Assembly: GCA_964016885.1 (NCBI GenBank)
Contig: OZ024744.1
Coordinates: 55,056,001-55,120,000 of the forward strand
Length of the DNA stretch: 64,000 nucleotides
Direction: 5' to 3'
Source of the DNA: Eledone cirrhosa
Taxonomy: Eukaryota
Shown: one piece after another, positions 49,301-62,500 of the stretch
Position numbering within the stretch: the first letter of the stretch is position 1
Layout of the letters: each line of letters begins with the position of its first letter
Made by a program: the position numbers and the translations under genes
Notes under the pieces: model-generated
Database searches by the model: none
What the model was told of the DNA's origin: nothing
The model's input: the letters and a program-made list of their open reading frames with translations, nothing else

Positions 49301-52300
49301 ATACTATGATGGCCTCGGAACACCCCCTCCCATGCTAATCTGATCACCTAGGTACCGGAAGCTATCAACCACTTCTATAGAACCCACCTGCATTGGAAAA
49401 ATGAGTTTATCACTGCGATTACTACTGCCAACTTTCCCTGTACATCTACTGCATACGTAGTTTTCTCTACCTGTTAGTTTGCCTGCTATCCCACTACATC
49501 TCTTGTGTACCAAAGATCTGCATTGCGTACATTTTATGGAATTTATGCCAGAGAAGTTCCCATGGGCATCCAGTCTTAAACTCCTCTGTTATGGCTTGGT
49601 GGACTATAATGAACAAGAGTGGGCTGAGCACCGAACCCTGATGTACACCTACTTCTATCTGGAATTCCTCACTAAACTCCATTCCTATTCTCACTTTACT
49701 GACATAGCTTGCACAAGCCATTCCTCTACACCTAGTTTCCTTAGGGACCACCAGATGACAGATTGGAGTACCCTATCAAAGGCCTTCTCTAGGTCAACAA
49801 AAGCTAAGTATAGTGGCTTATTCTTCTCTAAGAATCACTCTTGTAGTTGCCTCACTAAGAAGAGGGCATCTGTTGTACTTTTCCGGGGCACAAAACCAAA
49901 CTGCATCCCATCTAATTTGACCCTTTCTCTAATCAGTTGCGCTAATATTCTCTCTGCCACTCTCATATCTTGATCCATCAGCTTTATGGCCCTATAATTG
50001 CTCCTCTCTAGAGCACCCCCTTTACCTTTTTAGCAATTTATGAGAATACTGCTGCACCAGGCTTTGGGTATGACACCACCATATATAGCTTGATGCGTGC
50101 AACTAGTTTAGTGCCTACTTTTCTTGATGCCTTCAGCATCTCAGCAACTATCCCCGACAGTCCAGCAGCCTTACCATTCATTTCCTTAATTGACTCTTGT
50201 ACCCTCCTGATTTGCACTGACTCACTGCCTTGCAATGCCGAACACCGCACGTCGTTGATCTTCTCATCGCAGAACATTGGCAAACCTCCTACTCTCAGCC
50301 TCCCTGCGTGCTAAGTACACCTGACGCCTAGCTTCTCTCTTAGCGGCTGTGTATCCGTCTCTACTCCCACCATTTTTCCAAGCCTTCCATGCCAGTCTTT
50401 TGTCTCTAATGGCCCTATCTACCGTGCTGTTCCACCACGAAGTCACTCTCTGCCTGGTTGAAGCTCTGCCACAACCACAAGTTTCTTCAGTAGCCTGCAG
50501 TAAGTTGTCGCGCAAGAAATTCCAGTTATCTATGTCATACAACTCTAAATCATTTTCCTTTTCGTCGTACACATCTTGAAGGGCTTTGCTAAATTTATAT
50601 TTTAATGAAAGGTCTTTTAGCTTCCAGACCTTTCTTTTCCATACCTTCCTGTATGTCTCATTCTTTCTCATGCCTACTGAGATGTCACTAAGAACTAACC
50701 TATGCTTTGGGGTACATTCTTCCCCAGGGTATGCCTTAGTATTTGACACCATCTGTCTGTCTCGCTGTCTAACTAACAGGAAGTCAATCTGGCTTATGTG
50801 CTCGCCTGATTTGTAGCTTATTAGGTGGTTGGTAGGGTTCTGAAAGTTAGTGTTGCAAATGGTCAGTGCATTTGCTTCACAAAATTCAAGAAGCCTCACT
50901 CCTTCATTTCTTGAGCTGTAACCGTGCCCACCATGTACCCCAGTGTATCCATCCTGGAGCTGTCCAACATGTCCATTGAAGTCCCCTGCTAGCATAACGA
51001 TGTCTCTGTCCTCTGTCATTGAGGCTGTCTGTAAAAGTTGCTCGTAAAAGCAGTCTTTCTCTTCTTTACCTAGGCCTGCCTGGGGAGCATAGGCAGAGAT
51101 GATTGTCAGTAGTCTCTTGCCTACAACTAATCTAAGCTTAATTATTCTATTACTAACTCTAACTACCTCTATTGTCTTATTGATCCATCTCTCAGCCAGT
51201 AATATGCCCACCCCACCTAACCCATCATCATTACCCACCCAGAAAAGCTTATAACTTCGATGTTTGTCTGAGATTAGTCTTGCAGAGGCACCTCTCCATC
51301 ACACCTCTTGCACACAGCACACATCCACATGCATTCTCTCTAGCATCTCCGCTATCTCACCAGATCTACCTGTTATAAGTGTGGCACCTCTGAGATGCGA
51401 TGTCTTGTTCTTTTTCCTGTTGTGCGATTGCCTGATGACGGTCGGGGGGTTCTGACACATGGCCTCACCAGCCACCCCACTACTGTGCGCAGCCCTAACA
51501 TAGTTAGTGTTATTGCTGTTGACACAGTTGTTGCAATTCTTATTTGTTGTGCTCATAATTTTGGCATTTATTATACTGGTTGGATGCCCTTCCTAACACC
51601 AGCACCACTTTACAGCATGGACTAGGTGCTTTTATTCATGCCACCAGCACTAGAGAGGTCGTCTTACTGAACTCAGAGGCCCTATCCACCCCTCCATATT
51701 ACAGCATGGACTGGGTGTTTTTATTCATGCCACCAGCACTAGGGAAGTTGTCTTACTGGACTTAGGGGACTTCTCCACTCCGCACCAATTTATTCGGAGT
51801 GGTAGCTCTCCTAGACGAGTTGTCTACATTACGGCTTACGGAACCTCCGTCCACCCCTTCTCTGTTCTATGATATATTCACAAGGGAGTGGTTAGCATAC
51901 AGCATTGGATATGTATACCAAATATGGTGGAGGTGGAGCAGGTAGGTGTTAAGTGAGAACCGTAATGGCTGATACATAGAATTTTTAACAGTTACAAGTC
52001 ACATACACACAAATATATATAATTATACAACAAATATAGTCATTTTTACGAAAAGTGAGAGCCATAACGGCTTCCACTTTTCGTACAAACTGTTACACAT
52101 ACTATTTGAACATAATTTTGTATATATGAAGAAATGACACCTATCTTTTTGAAATCCACACAGTAATATATATATATTTAATTAGAAAGTGAACAACACA
52201 AAATATAACTAATCCATACGAGGATGAACGATCCAGACGTATATTAATATTGTCTAGGATCCAGAAACCTTTGGTAATGGAGTAGTTATATATTGTGTTG

Positions 52301-52953
52301 TTCACTTTCTAATTAAATAGCTCTGTTCTATACATAGAGCACTCTTTTTTCCTTTTCTTTTTCTTTGGAATTACCTAACACATATATATTTATATATTTG
52401 GCCATATTCTAGTTTAAGCAACTTAAGTAAATATGTTTCACTGAAGGTATCTAATAAAATAAAAACATATCTGTCTGTTACTTTCACCAAGTTGGCTTAT
52501 TGATAAGGTTCACTCCTCCTGCATTGTCTAAAATTGTTCAAAAGATTTGGATCAGCTCAAACTATGGAAGTTCTATCCTCTGCATGCTTTTTGTGATTTG
52601 AACATCTCAAAATGGAGTTTCGACTCTCAAAATTGCAAGGATAATCTTAGATGTTTGATGTATATATATATATATTCTATATTACTGCTCTGTAAAACAC
52701 CTGATGTTCTTACATTGAGCTATTTCTCTTACTGGTAATAAGGTAGTAATAAATTACTGACCTTCCCTATTTATAGTTGTTTATAGTATAGTATATACAT
52801 AACTATAATTAGTATCTTTAATATTATATATATATAGGAAAGATGTGTGTAAGGAAAGAATTCCAGAGTGATGACATTCTGGGAATGAGGGACTGAGTGT
52901 AGTGGTTAAGACAAGGCCTGGGGATGGTGGACACAATATAGATGTGTATGTAA

Positions 52954-52984
<31 letters not shown>

Positions 52985-55900
52985 CATACAGACACACACA
53001 AATATATAAATATATATAAACTAACCCTTTTCTTTGGCAGTTCCTTTTTAACATCTGGTGTTTTGGGTTCTTTATCTTTTTTGGTGGTTTTTCGTTCAGC
53101 TCCTTTCGATGATGAATCTGCCTTCTTGTCATCGTCACGTTTCCTCGTATGCTTTGAGTCTTCTTTCTTATCGCTCTTCTTTTCCTCTTTCGTATCACCA
53201 TCATCTGGCTCTTCTTTAACTTCCTTCTTAATTCGTTCTTTCTCTCGTTTCACCTTCTCTTTCTTGCCTGTTTCCTTCTTCACAGGTTCTTCCTCTGCTT
53301 TTTCTTTTGGTTCTTTCTTGATGCAAACTTCATTTTCGGATTCATCAATATTGGTGGTAGACTGAGTATCGGAACTACTTTTGGCAGTTTCAGAATCCTT
53401 TGTTTTCTTGTCATCGTCTTCTTTATTCTAGAAATACAAAACATAATGAATAAGTGACATGCATCAGATATATATATATAGAGAGAGAGAGAGATAGGGG
53501 AGAGGGGGCAAGTGCGAGTATAAGTAAATGATACTTTATCTAGTACAACCCAAGTGTTTTTATTTTACTCTTAGTTATGTAAACGCTAAGTTATATATAG
53601 ATTATATATAATAACCAATTCCACATTGAGATGGCATGTGGTTTAGTGATTACGGTGCTGCACTCATGATCATATGGTTGTGATTTCAATTGTAGACCAT
53701 GTTTTGTGTCCAAGACCTTATTTCATATTGCTCTAGTCAATACAGTTGGAAAAGAAAATCTGTCATTCTTTTGGACAATATTGGTGTCATGGAGGGGAGA
53801 GACTGGCATACAGAGGTGACTGCTGGACTTCCAAAATATATGTTACCCAGGTTTGTGCGTCACAGAAGCAAACTTATGATCAGTCGGAGATGAATGCAAA
53901 ACTCATGGTCAGTTATCGATTAAAAAAAAAAACAATCAATTCAACTAGGTTAACATTGATTTATTTCGTAAATGCTCATATAATGTGTGCGTGTTTGTGT
54001 GAGTGTGCACACACAAATTGATACTTAATTCGTGAATAGCTATACTGGTTAGAAAACTGTGTTAAGAAAGTATGGGAAGCAAGTATTTAAAATATGTTGA
54101 GGTTTGTTGAATAATACATAAAGAAAGGTTTATAATTCAGTTATGTTCAAAACAAAACTCATCATCGCCATCATCATCATTTAACGACCGTCTTCCCTGC
54201 TAGTAGGGGTTGAACGGGTCATCACAATCTGAATCAGTATTTAAATGGATCTATTAATCTCTCATTTGGACTGGGGGCCTGCATCTTGCTTATATATATT
54301 CTCACACATTACCAAGCACTCAGATAGTCCTGGGACCTGCATCATGTTTACATTTGTTCCAGTGCTTTACCAAGTGTATTTTAAAAGAACAAGAAAGAAT
54401 ACCTTTTCTTCGTCTTTAACAGCATTCTTTCGATCACGAGGCGAGCGACAGCTGTCTCTGGCTCTTAAAAATAAAATACTTCTTCCTGTACTGTGTCGAC
54501 TGCTTCTTGGACGGCTTATTGTTCCCATTGTGCTTCCAAGTTTGCGATAGAAATCTTCAAATGCATGCAAGTATCTGGAAAAAAAAATATGGACAGAAAA
54601 GCTATATTTATATAAAAAAAAAAATAACTAGAACTGAAATTTAAAAAGTTTATTGGTAAACAAAAAAAAATAATCTTTGACTAGCATAAATCCCTAAATA
54701 ATAATTAGCCAGAATGAACTTGAGTTAGATTGGCTCTTTCAGCTCATCTTTCTCACCATCCTTCGAGGTAATACCTTTATAATTCTGTCTGATGAGACCC
54801 TAAGACAAAACCCACCTGAGGCTTTGCTCTTCAGAGAGAGAAACTAGTGAAAGAAAAAACATGACAAACTTTCATTGGTTGAGTCATGCTGTTATTGTTA
54901 GTCAATATATATATTTATATATCACCCGGTTCAGGAATCCAACTCACAACCTCAAGATTGTGAATCTGATGCTCTTGAATAAGACACTTTATTTCACAGT
55001 GCTCCAGTTTACCCAGCTGTAGAAATGAGTTGCAACATCACTGGTGCCAAGCTGTATCAGCCATTTCATTCCCTTGGACAACATCAGTGGCATGGAAAGA
55101 GGAAACCAGTATGCATGGGCGACTGTTAATCTTCCACAAACAAACTTGCCCAGACGTGTGCCTCAGAAGGGAAACTTTCTAGATACAAATCATATGGTCA
55201 TTCAATTTAAATTATTACAATAAAAGTATAACAGCTTAGTTTTCAGACTATTGATTGACAAAACAAAGGAACAAAAACAATAATTAACAAATATAAATAC
55301 AAAATATAAAAGAAAATTACTTTTTATATGCATTTTTTATCTGGTGTGAGCCATTATTGGATGCAGGCATTTTCATTTTTGAGTAGACCCATCTCCATTT
55401 CATGGTATTTGTAACCTATAGGAAGAAAACAAATAAAGGTGTAGCTGAATATAAAATTAAGATGTATTTTATAGTGACACCAACTCTAGGGAGGTTGTCA
55501 TATATTTGAGATAGCTGAAGAATCCTCCCAACCCTTTGTTTCACAGTCTTCTACAGCAGGATGCGCTTCATATCACCAACAACAGAGTGACCTGGGTGTA
55601 TTTATTGTGTAAATCACCTATATCAGAGAAGTTAGCTGATAAGTATTCCTAACCCTTTGTTTGGCAAGTTGTCTATGATTAGATGCCCTTCTTATTACTA
55701 ACCACTTTACAGAGTGTACTGTGAACTGCATGCCACCAGCTTGTCCGAGCAATCAGTAGAGTACAGGAACAAATGCAAGATACGGGTTCCCGGCCCACCT
55801 TGAGGTCAGTATGTCTGCTTTGAGTGCCAACCTAGTCTGATCATGACTTTGCTAGCATCATCATAAGCATGGTTGTGCACTTAAGTTTGCTTCATAACAA

Positions 55901-58900
55901 CATGGAGCCTTTAGCAAGTATTTTTCACTATGGCCTTTGGTTTCTCAATACCTGGGAGAGAGAGAGAGAGAGAGAGATCAATGCCCTTTGTTTGAATTTG
56001 GTAGGCAGAGACTGTTAGGAAGCCCGTCACTCATTCATGTATATGCGATTATATATATATATACTATATATTGAAGAGTCTTTGTATATCGCCAAAAGGC
56101 GATGAGAAAGTGCCTCCTAGAGAAAAACAACAAAAAAGAAAATAATACTATCAATCACTGTTACTGTGGGACAATATAAGTAGTCTGGCTTTTATTGATT
56201 GCCTTGTGCATTCTTTAATATGACATTATTCTGCCCATCCATAAGATGAAGAGGATAAAAGTGAGCAAACAGGTGCAGAAAACCTACCACAAAAAGATCT
56301 CATCTGAATCTGAACTACACCAGTATGGAAAAAGAGATGTAAAATGATGATCATGATGATGACAGTAGTGGTGATGGGTAGAGAGGAAGGAGGCAAATAA
56401 AAGAAGAAGAAAATGTCAATATATAAACTGTACCTTGTTATATCCTCCAAAGTTCTGAACAATTTTGAAGAGCTTATACAAATTCAAATCTCTGTTGCCT
56501 AACGAAGGTCCTTTATTGATTGGTGTTCCTGATTAGAAATGGAAATTTATTTTTACTATTAAGTAAATATTTAAAGTCATGTGCAGAAGACAAAACAAGA
56601 CTAAAATTAGTAATTTACAAAATGAAAGGATAATTAATTTTTAATATAATATAAATGTTATTAACTTCCCTTCTTTTATTCTATGTTTAATGATACAAAA
56701 AGTTTGTTTTAAAATGTTTTATATTTACTTAAATACCTTCCACCATAATTTCATTTAAGAACTTTTGTTGTTTCAAACACTAGCTAAATAATAAGAAAGT
56801 TAATTATGTTACTAAATCCCTCCAAAATTTTTATTAATTTCAAAATGATTTGAAAATTATAAGCAGTGTTTTTTATTAGAAATATAGTAATAAAGCTTAA
56901 TAAACTTACTTGTATGGGAAACTTAACTCTAAAACCTCAATATCTAGACTATGTGTTGCTATTAGACCTGTGTTGTAAAACCTATCCTGTCATCCACATC
57001 AGTAATACAATAACAGAAACAGGATAGCCACAAATATAAAGCAGACATGAGAGTTTAAACAACAGAATGTCAAAGAGTCACTTGTCTAACCCTTTTGATA
57101 TCAACCTGACAAACTGCCCAGGTTTCATTATACAAATCTGTTCATATCTAAATTAAAGCCTTTTATCACCATTTGATGTAAGAATCTTTTGTTAAGTAAT
57201 GTGCTGCTAATATCAGCTTAATAATGAGAAAGTTAAGCTGTTAAATTCCTTCATTTTAAAAAATATTATTTCAAAATAAATTGAATCACACGGACTATAT
57301 ATTTTAGAAATATGGTAACATTTTAAAGATTAAGAGTGTTCAGTTAATCAGTTTTTCAAGACCAATACAATACTAACTACCCATTACATTACAGTCAAAA
57401 CTTAAGCCATCTCTGCTATTTGCAAATCATCAAAATGTTTACATTTTTATTATTCTTTTCTTTATTTCTTGAGAAGTTTTGATTGCTATTTCAATTTTTC
57501 AAAACTCGAATTTAGACCAATGCTTTTCAATTTTTTAATCATCTCAATCAATGAATTAGCGTTTTCAGCTTGGAATTGTGCATAACCATCAACAGTAGGT
57601 GAATCTGGAATTATTTCAAAGTATTTGCCCAGTCTCAATTGGATTATATTGAGAATAATCTAAGGATTTCTGATTTTGGCAATATACTAACCCTTTTAAT
57701 ACTAAAATACCAGAAACTGCTCCTGATTCTCTGATACAAAACACATTTTAAAGTGTTTATATTTACCCCAAATCTCCACCTTAATAATAAGTTAGTTATA
57801 ATTACTAAATTCCTCAAAATTCAGGATTATCTTTAAGATTATTTGAAATTAATAAACAGTTATTTCACTAGAAATATTTGGATCGCTAATTTGGAATGGA
57901 TCTTATCACATGGCTGCTGTTTTCTTTTTCTCCTTCCTATGCAACTAGTATTCAATGAAAAGATTCTGCAACAGTTTCTTATTGAATTACCATTGTAGGA
58001 AATTATGAGAACCAGTCATACTTTCCTATATACAAGCCACATCTAACCAGGATTGTGAAGAAAATCCCTGTAAATATATAAAGTATATAAATACACACCT
58101 CTGTCATCCATAAATTTATATAACTGAGCTACAAATCGATCTTCTTCTTCACAGGGTTCATCATCAGAGGACTGCAAAAAAGAAAAATAACAGAAAATTT
58201 AAAATCTGTAAATAAAAACAGGTAGAAGAATTTGGTCAGATCTGGACAGCCGCTTCAACTGTGTTGTGATTTCACAATGAATCAGTGTGTAAGCGAGGAA
58301 TTGGGTATAAAGTCAATCTGGTTTATGTGCTCACCTGATTAGTACATGATTGGGAATGGCTGACCTGTTTCCTGAGGGTAGTGTTGCAGATGACTAAATC
58401 ATCGTCGTCGTCACCATTTTACATACATTCTTCCACGCTAGCATGGATTAGATAAGTTATCCTGTTGTGGGCAATGCCAGGTCAGGTGCCCATGTCTCAC
58501 TCATACAGAACTGATTTTGGCTTGATTTCTACAGCTGGATGCCCTTCCTAACACCAACCTCATTTACAGTGAGTACTGAATGCTTTTTACCGTGGCGCCT
58601 ACATAACCACTTTACAGTGAGGACTGGGTGATTTTTTGTTCTGACACCTACACGACCACTTTATATTAATCTTTTTTTCAATTTTTGTACCATATCCATA
58701 TACCCCATGTACTCCAGAGTAGCCATTATGGTATTGCCTAACATGTCTGTTAAGATAATGAAGTCACAGGTGGTGTACATAGAAGCTTATAGAAACAGTT
58801 CTTTTTGTTTATCGGATGTCCAAAGTGCAGTGCATAAGCAGAGATAACAGTTACAGTTGTCTATGACTAATCTAAGATTAATTATGCTACCACTTACTCT

Positions 58901-59496
58901 GACCACCTCAGTATAGATTTACATGGCAAACTAGCATTAAGATCTGATAAGTAAACATGAAATCAACACTTGCTAGACTAATTTTTAAAATAAAATATTA
59001 CAACACAGGTTGTATATAACTAACATGAAATGAATTGTGTGTAAGGTTATATCGGCTCTTTAATACATTCTCCGATGAGAGAGAGAGAGAGAGAGAGATG
59101 TAAAATTACATTTTCCCTATAACCCATTCGTTACCATATTTCTAAGACATTGCCCATGATTTCCACAATTTTGAAAATATGAATTTGAAGGGATAGCTAA
59201 CTTTCTTCTTATTAAACTGGTATTTGGAACAACAAAAGTTCTTACATAAAATTATAATGAAGAGATAAATATAAAGCTCTTCAGTTGAGTTGATGACCCA
59301 AACCTCCTTAGTGCTGATGTCATGAGAATACATCCAATACGCCCTGTCAGGTGGTTGGCAATAGCAAGGGTACCCCACTGTAGAAAACTTGCCAAAAAGG
59401 ATCAAGAGGACTGCCCAGTTGCAAAACAACCTCTAGTGTTGGTGACCTATACAACAATTGCACCCAGTACACTCTGTACACTCACAGAAAAATCGC

Positions 59497-59527
<31 letters not shown>

Positions 59528-62500
59528 ATATTGGTGATTTACATGATAAACATCTAATTTTTAAGCGAATGTTTGGAACATAATTTAAAGGTTATTAGGC
59601 AAAATTATGAGGAGTTTTTCAATAAATATAAACACTTAAAAAAAGAAAATGCTTAGCATTGTAAAACCTGGGTTGATTTCAGGCAGATTGATGTCAAAAA
59701 GGTTTACTTACATCTTCATCATCGTTCTCACTATCATCATCAGTCCCAAGTAATTCTTCTTTAATCCAGTTTTGTGGAAGCTCATGACAATCGAAGTATA
59801 ATAATGCTTTCTCCATAGCTTTAACACAGAATATAAATTTTAAAAAATATGTAATAAAATTGACAAACTATGACGTTTCTAAATATAATATAGAAATGTA
59901 GTATTTCAAACATGGAACATAACAGAATTAAAATGGATAGTATTGCCAATAACTTTCTACATAACTCTTAATATCCTGTACCACATGTAACTACATTAAC
60001 AAGACATTCTTGAAAAATACAAAACAACACTATGACTGCATTACATTTATCATTGAGGTCTTTAGTTTAGCTCATTGTAAATTTTCAAAATCTGTCCACT
60101 AGTAAAACTACTATAAACATTAGAATTAAACTTGTTCTTCAATATTTTTTTCAACTTCAATACAGGATGTTAAGAAATAAAGACAATTTTAACCCTTTAA
60201 CATTTTCATTACCCTATATTTACTCTTGTACTTTTACAATAAACATTTTATCTAAAATAATATCGAATCTATGAGATTTTGCTACTATTTATTTTAAGAA
60301 CAATACCATAACATAAGTATGAGTGGCCAGTTACGGCTGGTTTGAACAGAAAGAAGTGAGAATTCTGGCTGGATATGGCTGGTTTAAATGCTAAAGGGTT
60401 AAGTCACACCTCCATTTCCCTGACAACATTTACAATGTAAAAAATATTTTGAATTGAGATTTGGTAGAACCAATAGATAGTTTACTTGCTGGTTTTTCAC
60501 ATTTTAGTGGGAGAAAAAAATGTATAGCTTATACATGAGTGCATATGGTAATATATAGAAATTAGATGAGATTTTTACAGACTGATGATTGTTGATTGAA
60601 GAAATTCAACTGAATCAGTAATAAATGTTCTATTCTTCCTTACCAGCTTTCAATCCTTTGTCTTCATTTTTCACAGCTATTTCACGAGTAAAGTCTTTCA
60701 GATCTTTCTTTGATATTGTTATGCTGAAAATCAAAATAAACATTTATAAAAATTTTTTTTAAATCCAGCCGTAACTTATTTTTCATAATTCTTGACATTT
60801 TCTGTATTTTTAATGGATGAAATTAAACGAAGAATTTATAAAATAATGTATATTATGTAATCATAGAAAACGTATGGCTTAGTAGTTAGGGTGTAGGACT
60901 CAGGATCATATGGTCATGAGTTAAATTCCAAGACTGGACAGACGCACTATTTCAAGTTGCTCCAGTCCACTTAGCTTGAAAAAATGACTTGTGGTCAACA
61001 CTGGTACCAAACGGTTTTGAGCGTTGCATTTCCCTTGGACAATGTTGTTGGCATAGAGAAGGGAGACTGGCATGCGTGAACGACTACTGGTTTTCCACAA
61101 AACACCTTGCCAAGACTTGTTCTTTGGAGAGGAACCAACCAAGTCTAAACACATGGACAGTCATGACCCAAGGGGGCTTTAGTTAGTTATAGAAGCACAA
61201 AGCGAGTAAACATCTTTTAAAATGAGAAATATCAATATTTAGAATAAGCCAAAATACAGAATGTTAGGTAACGGCACATGGCGATGTAAAAACCAGTACA
61301 GGATATTTTAAATAAATAATCAATACTAGAAACATCTCAAAGGTCTATATATTCTAAAATAATTTTAGGGAGAAGTCATTACAAAATGCAACCAGTACAC
61401 AGTAAAGTGGTAGTGATGGTGCCACAATAAAATGTAGTACCTAGTACACTCTGCAAAATATTAAGTGCTGGTGTCAAAATAAAATGTAGCCAGTACACTT
61501 TGTAAAGTGGTAGTGATGGTGCCACAATAAAATGTAGTACCTAGTACACTCTGCAAAATATTAAGTGCTGGTGTCAAAATAAAATGTAGCCAGTACACTT
61601 TGTAAAGTGGTAGTGTTGGTGCTCAATAAAATGTAGTACCTAGTACACTCTGCAAAATATTAAGTGCTGGTGTCAAAATAAAATGTAGCCAGTACACTTT
61701 GTAAAGTGGTAGTGTTGGTGCTCAATAAAATGTAGTACCTAGTACACTCTGCAAAATATTTAGTGCTGGTGTCAAAATAAAATGTAGCCAGTACACTTTG
61801 TAAAGTGGTAGTGCTGGTGCTACAATAAAATGTAGTACCTAGTACACTCTGCAAAATATTTAGTGCTGGTGTCAAAATAAAATGTAGCCAGTACACTTTG
61901 TAAAGTGGTAGTGTTGGTGCTACAATAAAATGTAGTACCTAGTACACTCTGCAAAATATTTAGTGCTGGTGTCAAAATAAAATGTAGCCAGTACACTTTG
62001 TAAAGTGGTAGTGTTGGTGCTACAATAAAATGATCCCAGTACTCTGTAAAGTGTTAGGGCCAGTGTCACAATAAAATGCATCCAGTCAACTGTAAAGTGG
62101 TAGTGCTGGTGCTACAATAAAATGTATCCAATACACCCAAGAGTGCTGGTATCACAAAATTAACCTAGTACATTGTTAAGTGGTTGTGATGATGCCACAA
62201 TAAAATGCCCCCAGTACACTTTTGTAAAGTGTTATTGATGGTGCCACAATGAAATGCCCCCAGTACACTTTTGTAAAGTGTTATTGATGGTGCCACAATG
62301 AAATGCCCCCAGTACACTTTTGTAAAGTGTTATTGATGGTGCCACAATGAAATGCACCCAGTACACTAGTGGTTAGCATTAGGAAGGACATCCAGTTATA
62401 GAAACCATGTCAAAAATGGAACATATAAGCAAAACATAGCTCTTGAAAAGCAAAACAACCTCTTGGACTGCAACAACCTGTCCAACCCATGCCAGCATAA

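Noticed and set aside
54785-54815. CTGATGAG hammerhead-like box
   Set aside because: No GAAA box and stem II does not pair; at most a relic.
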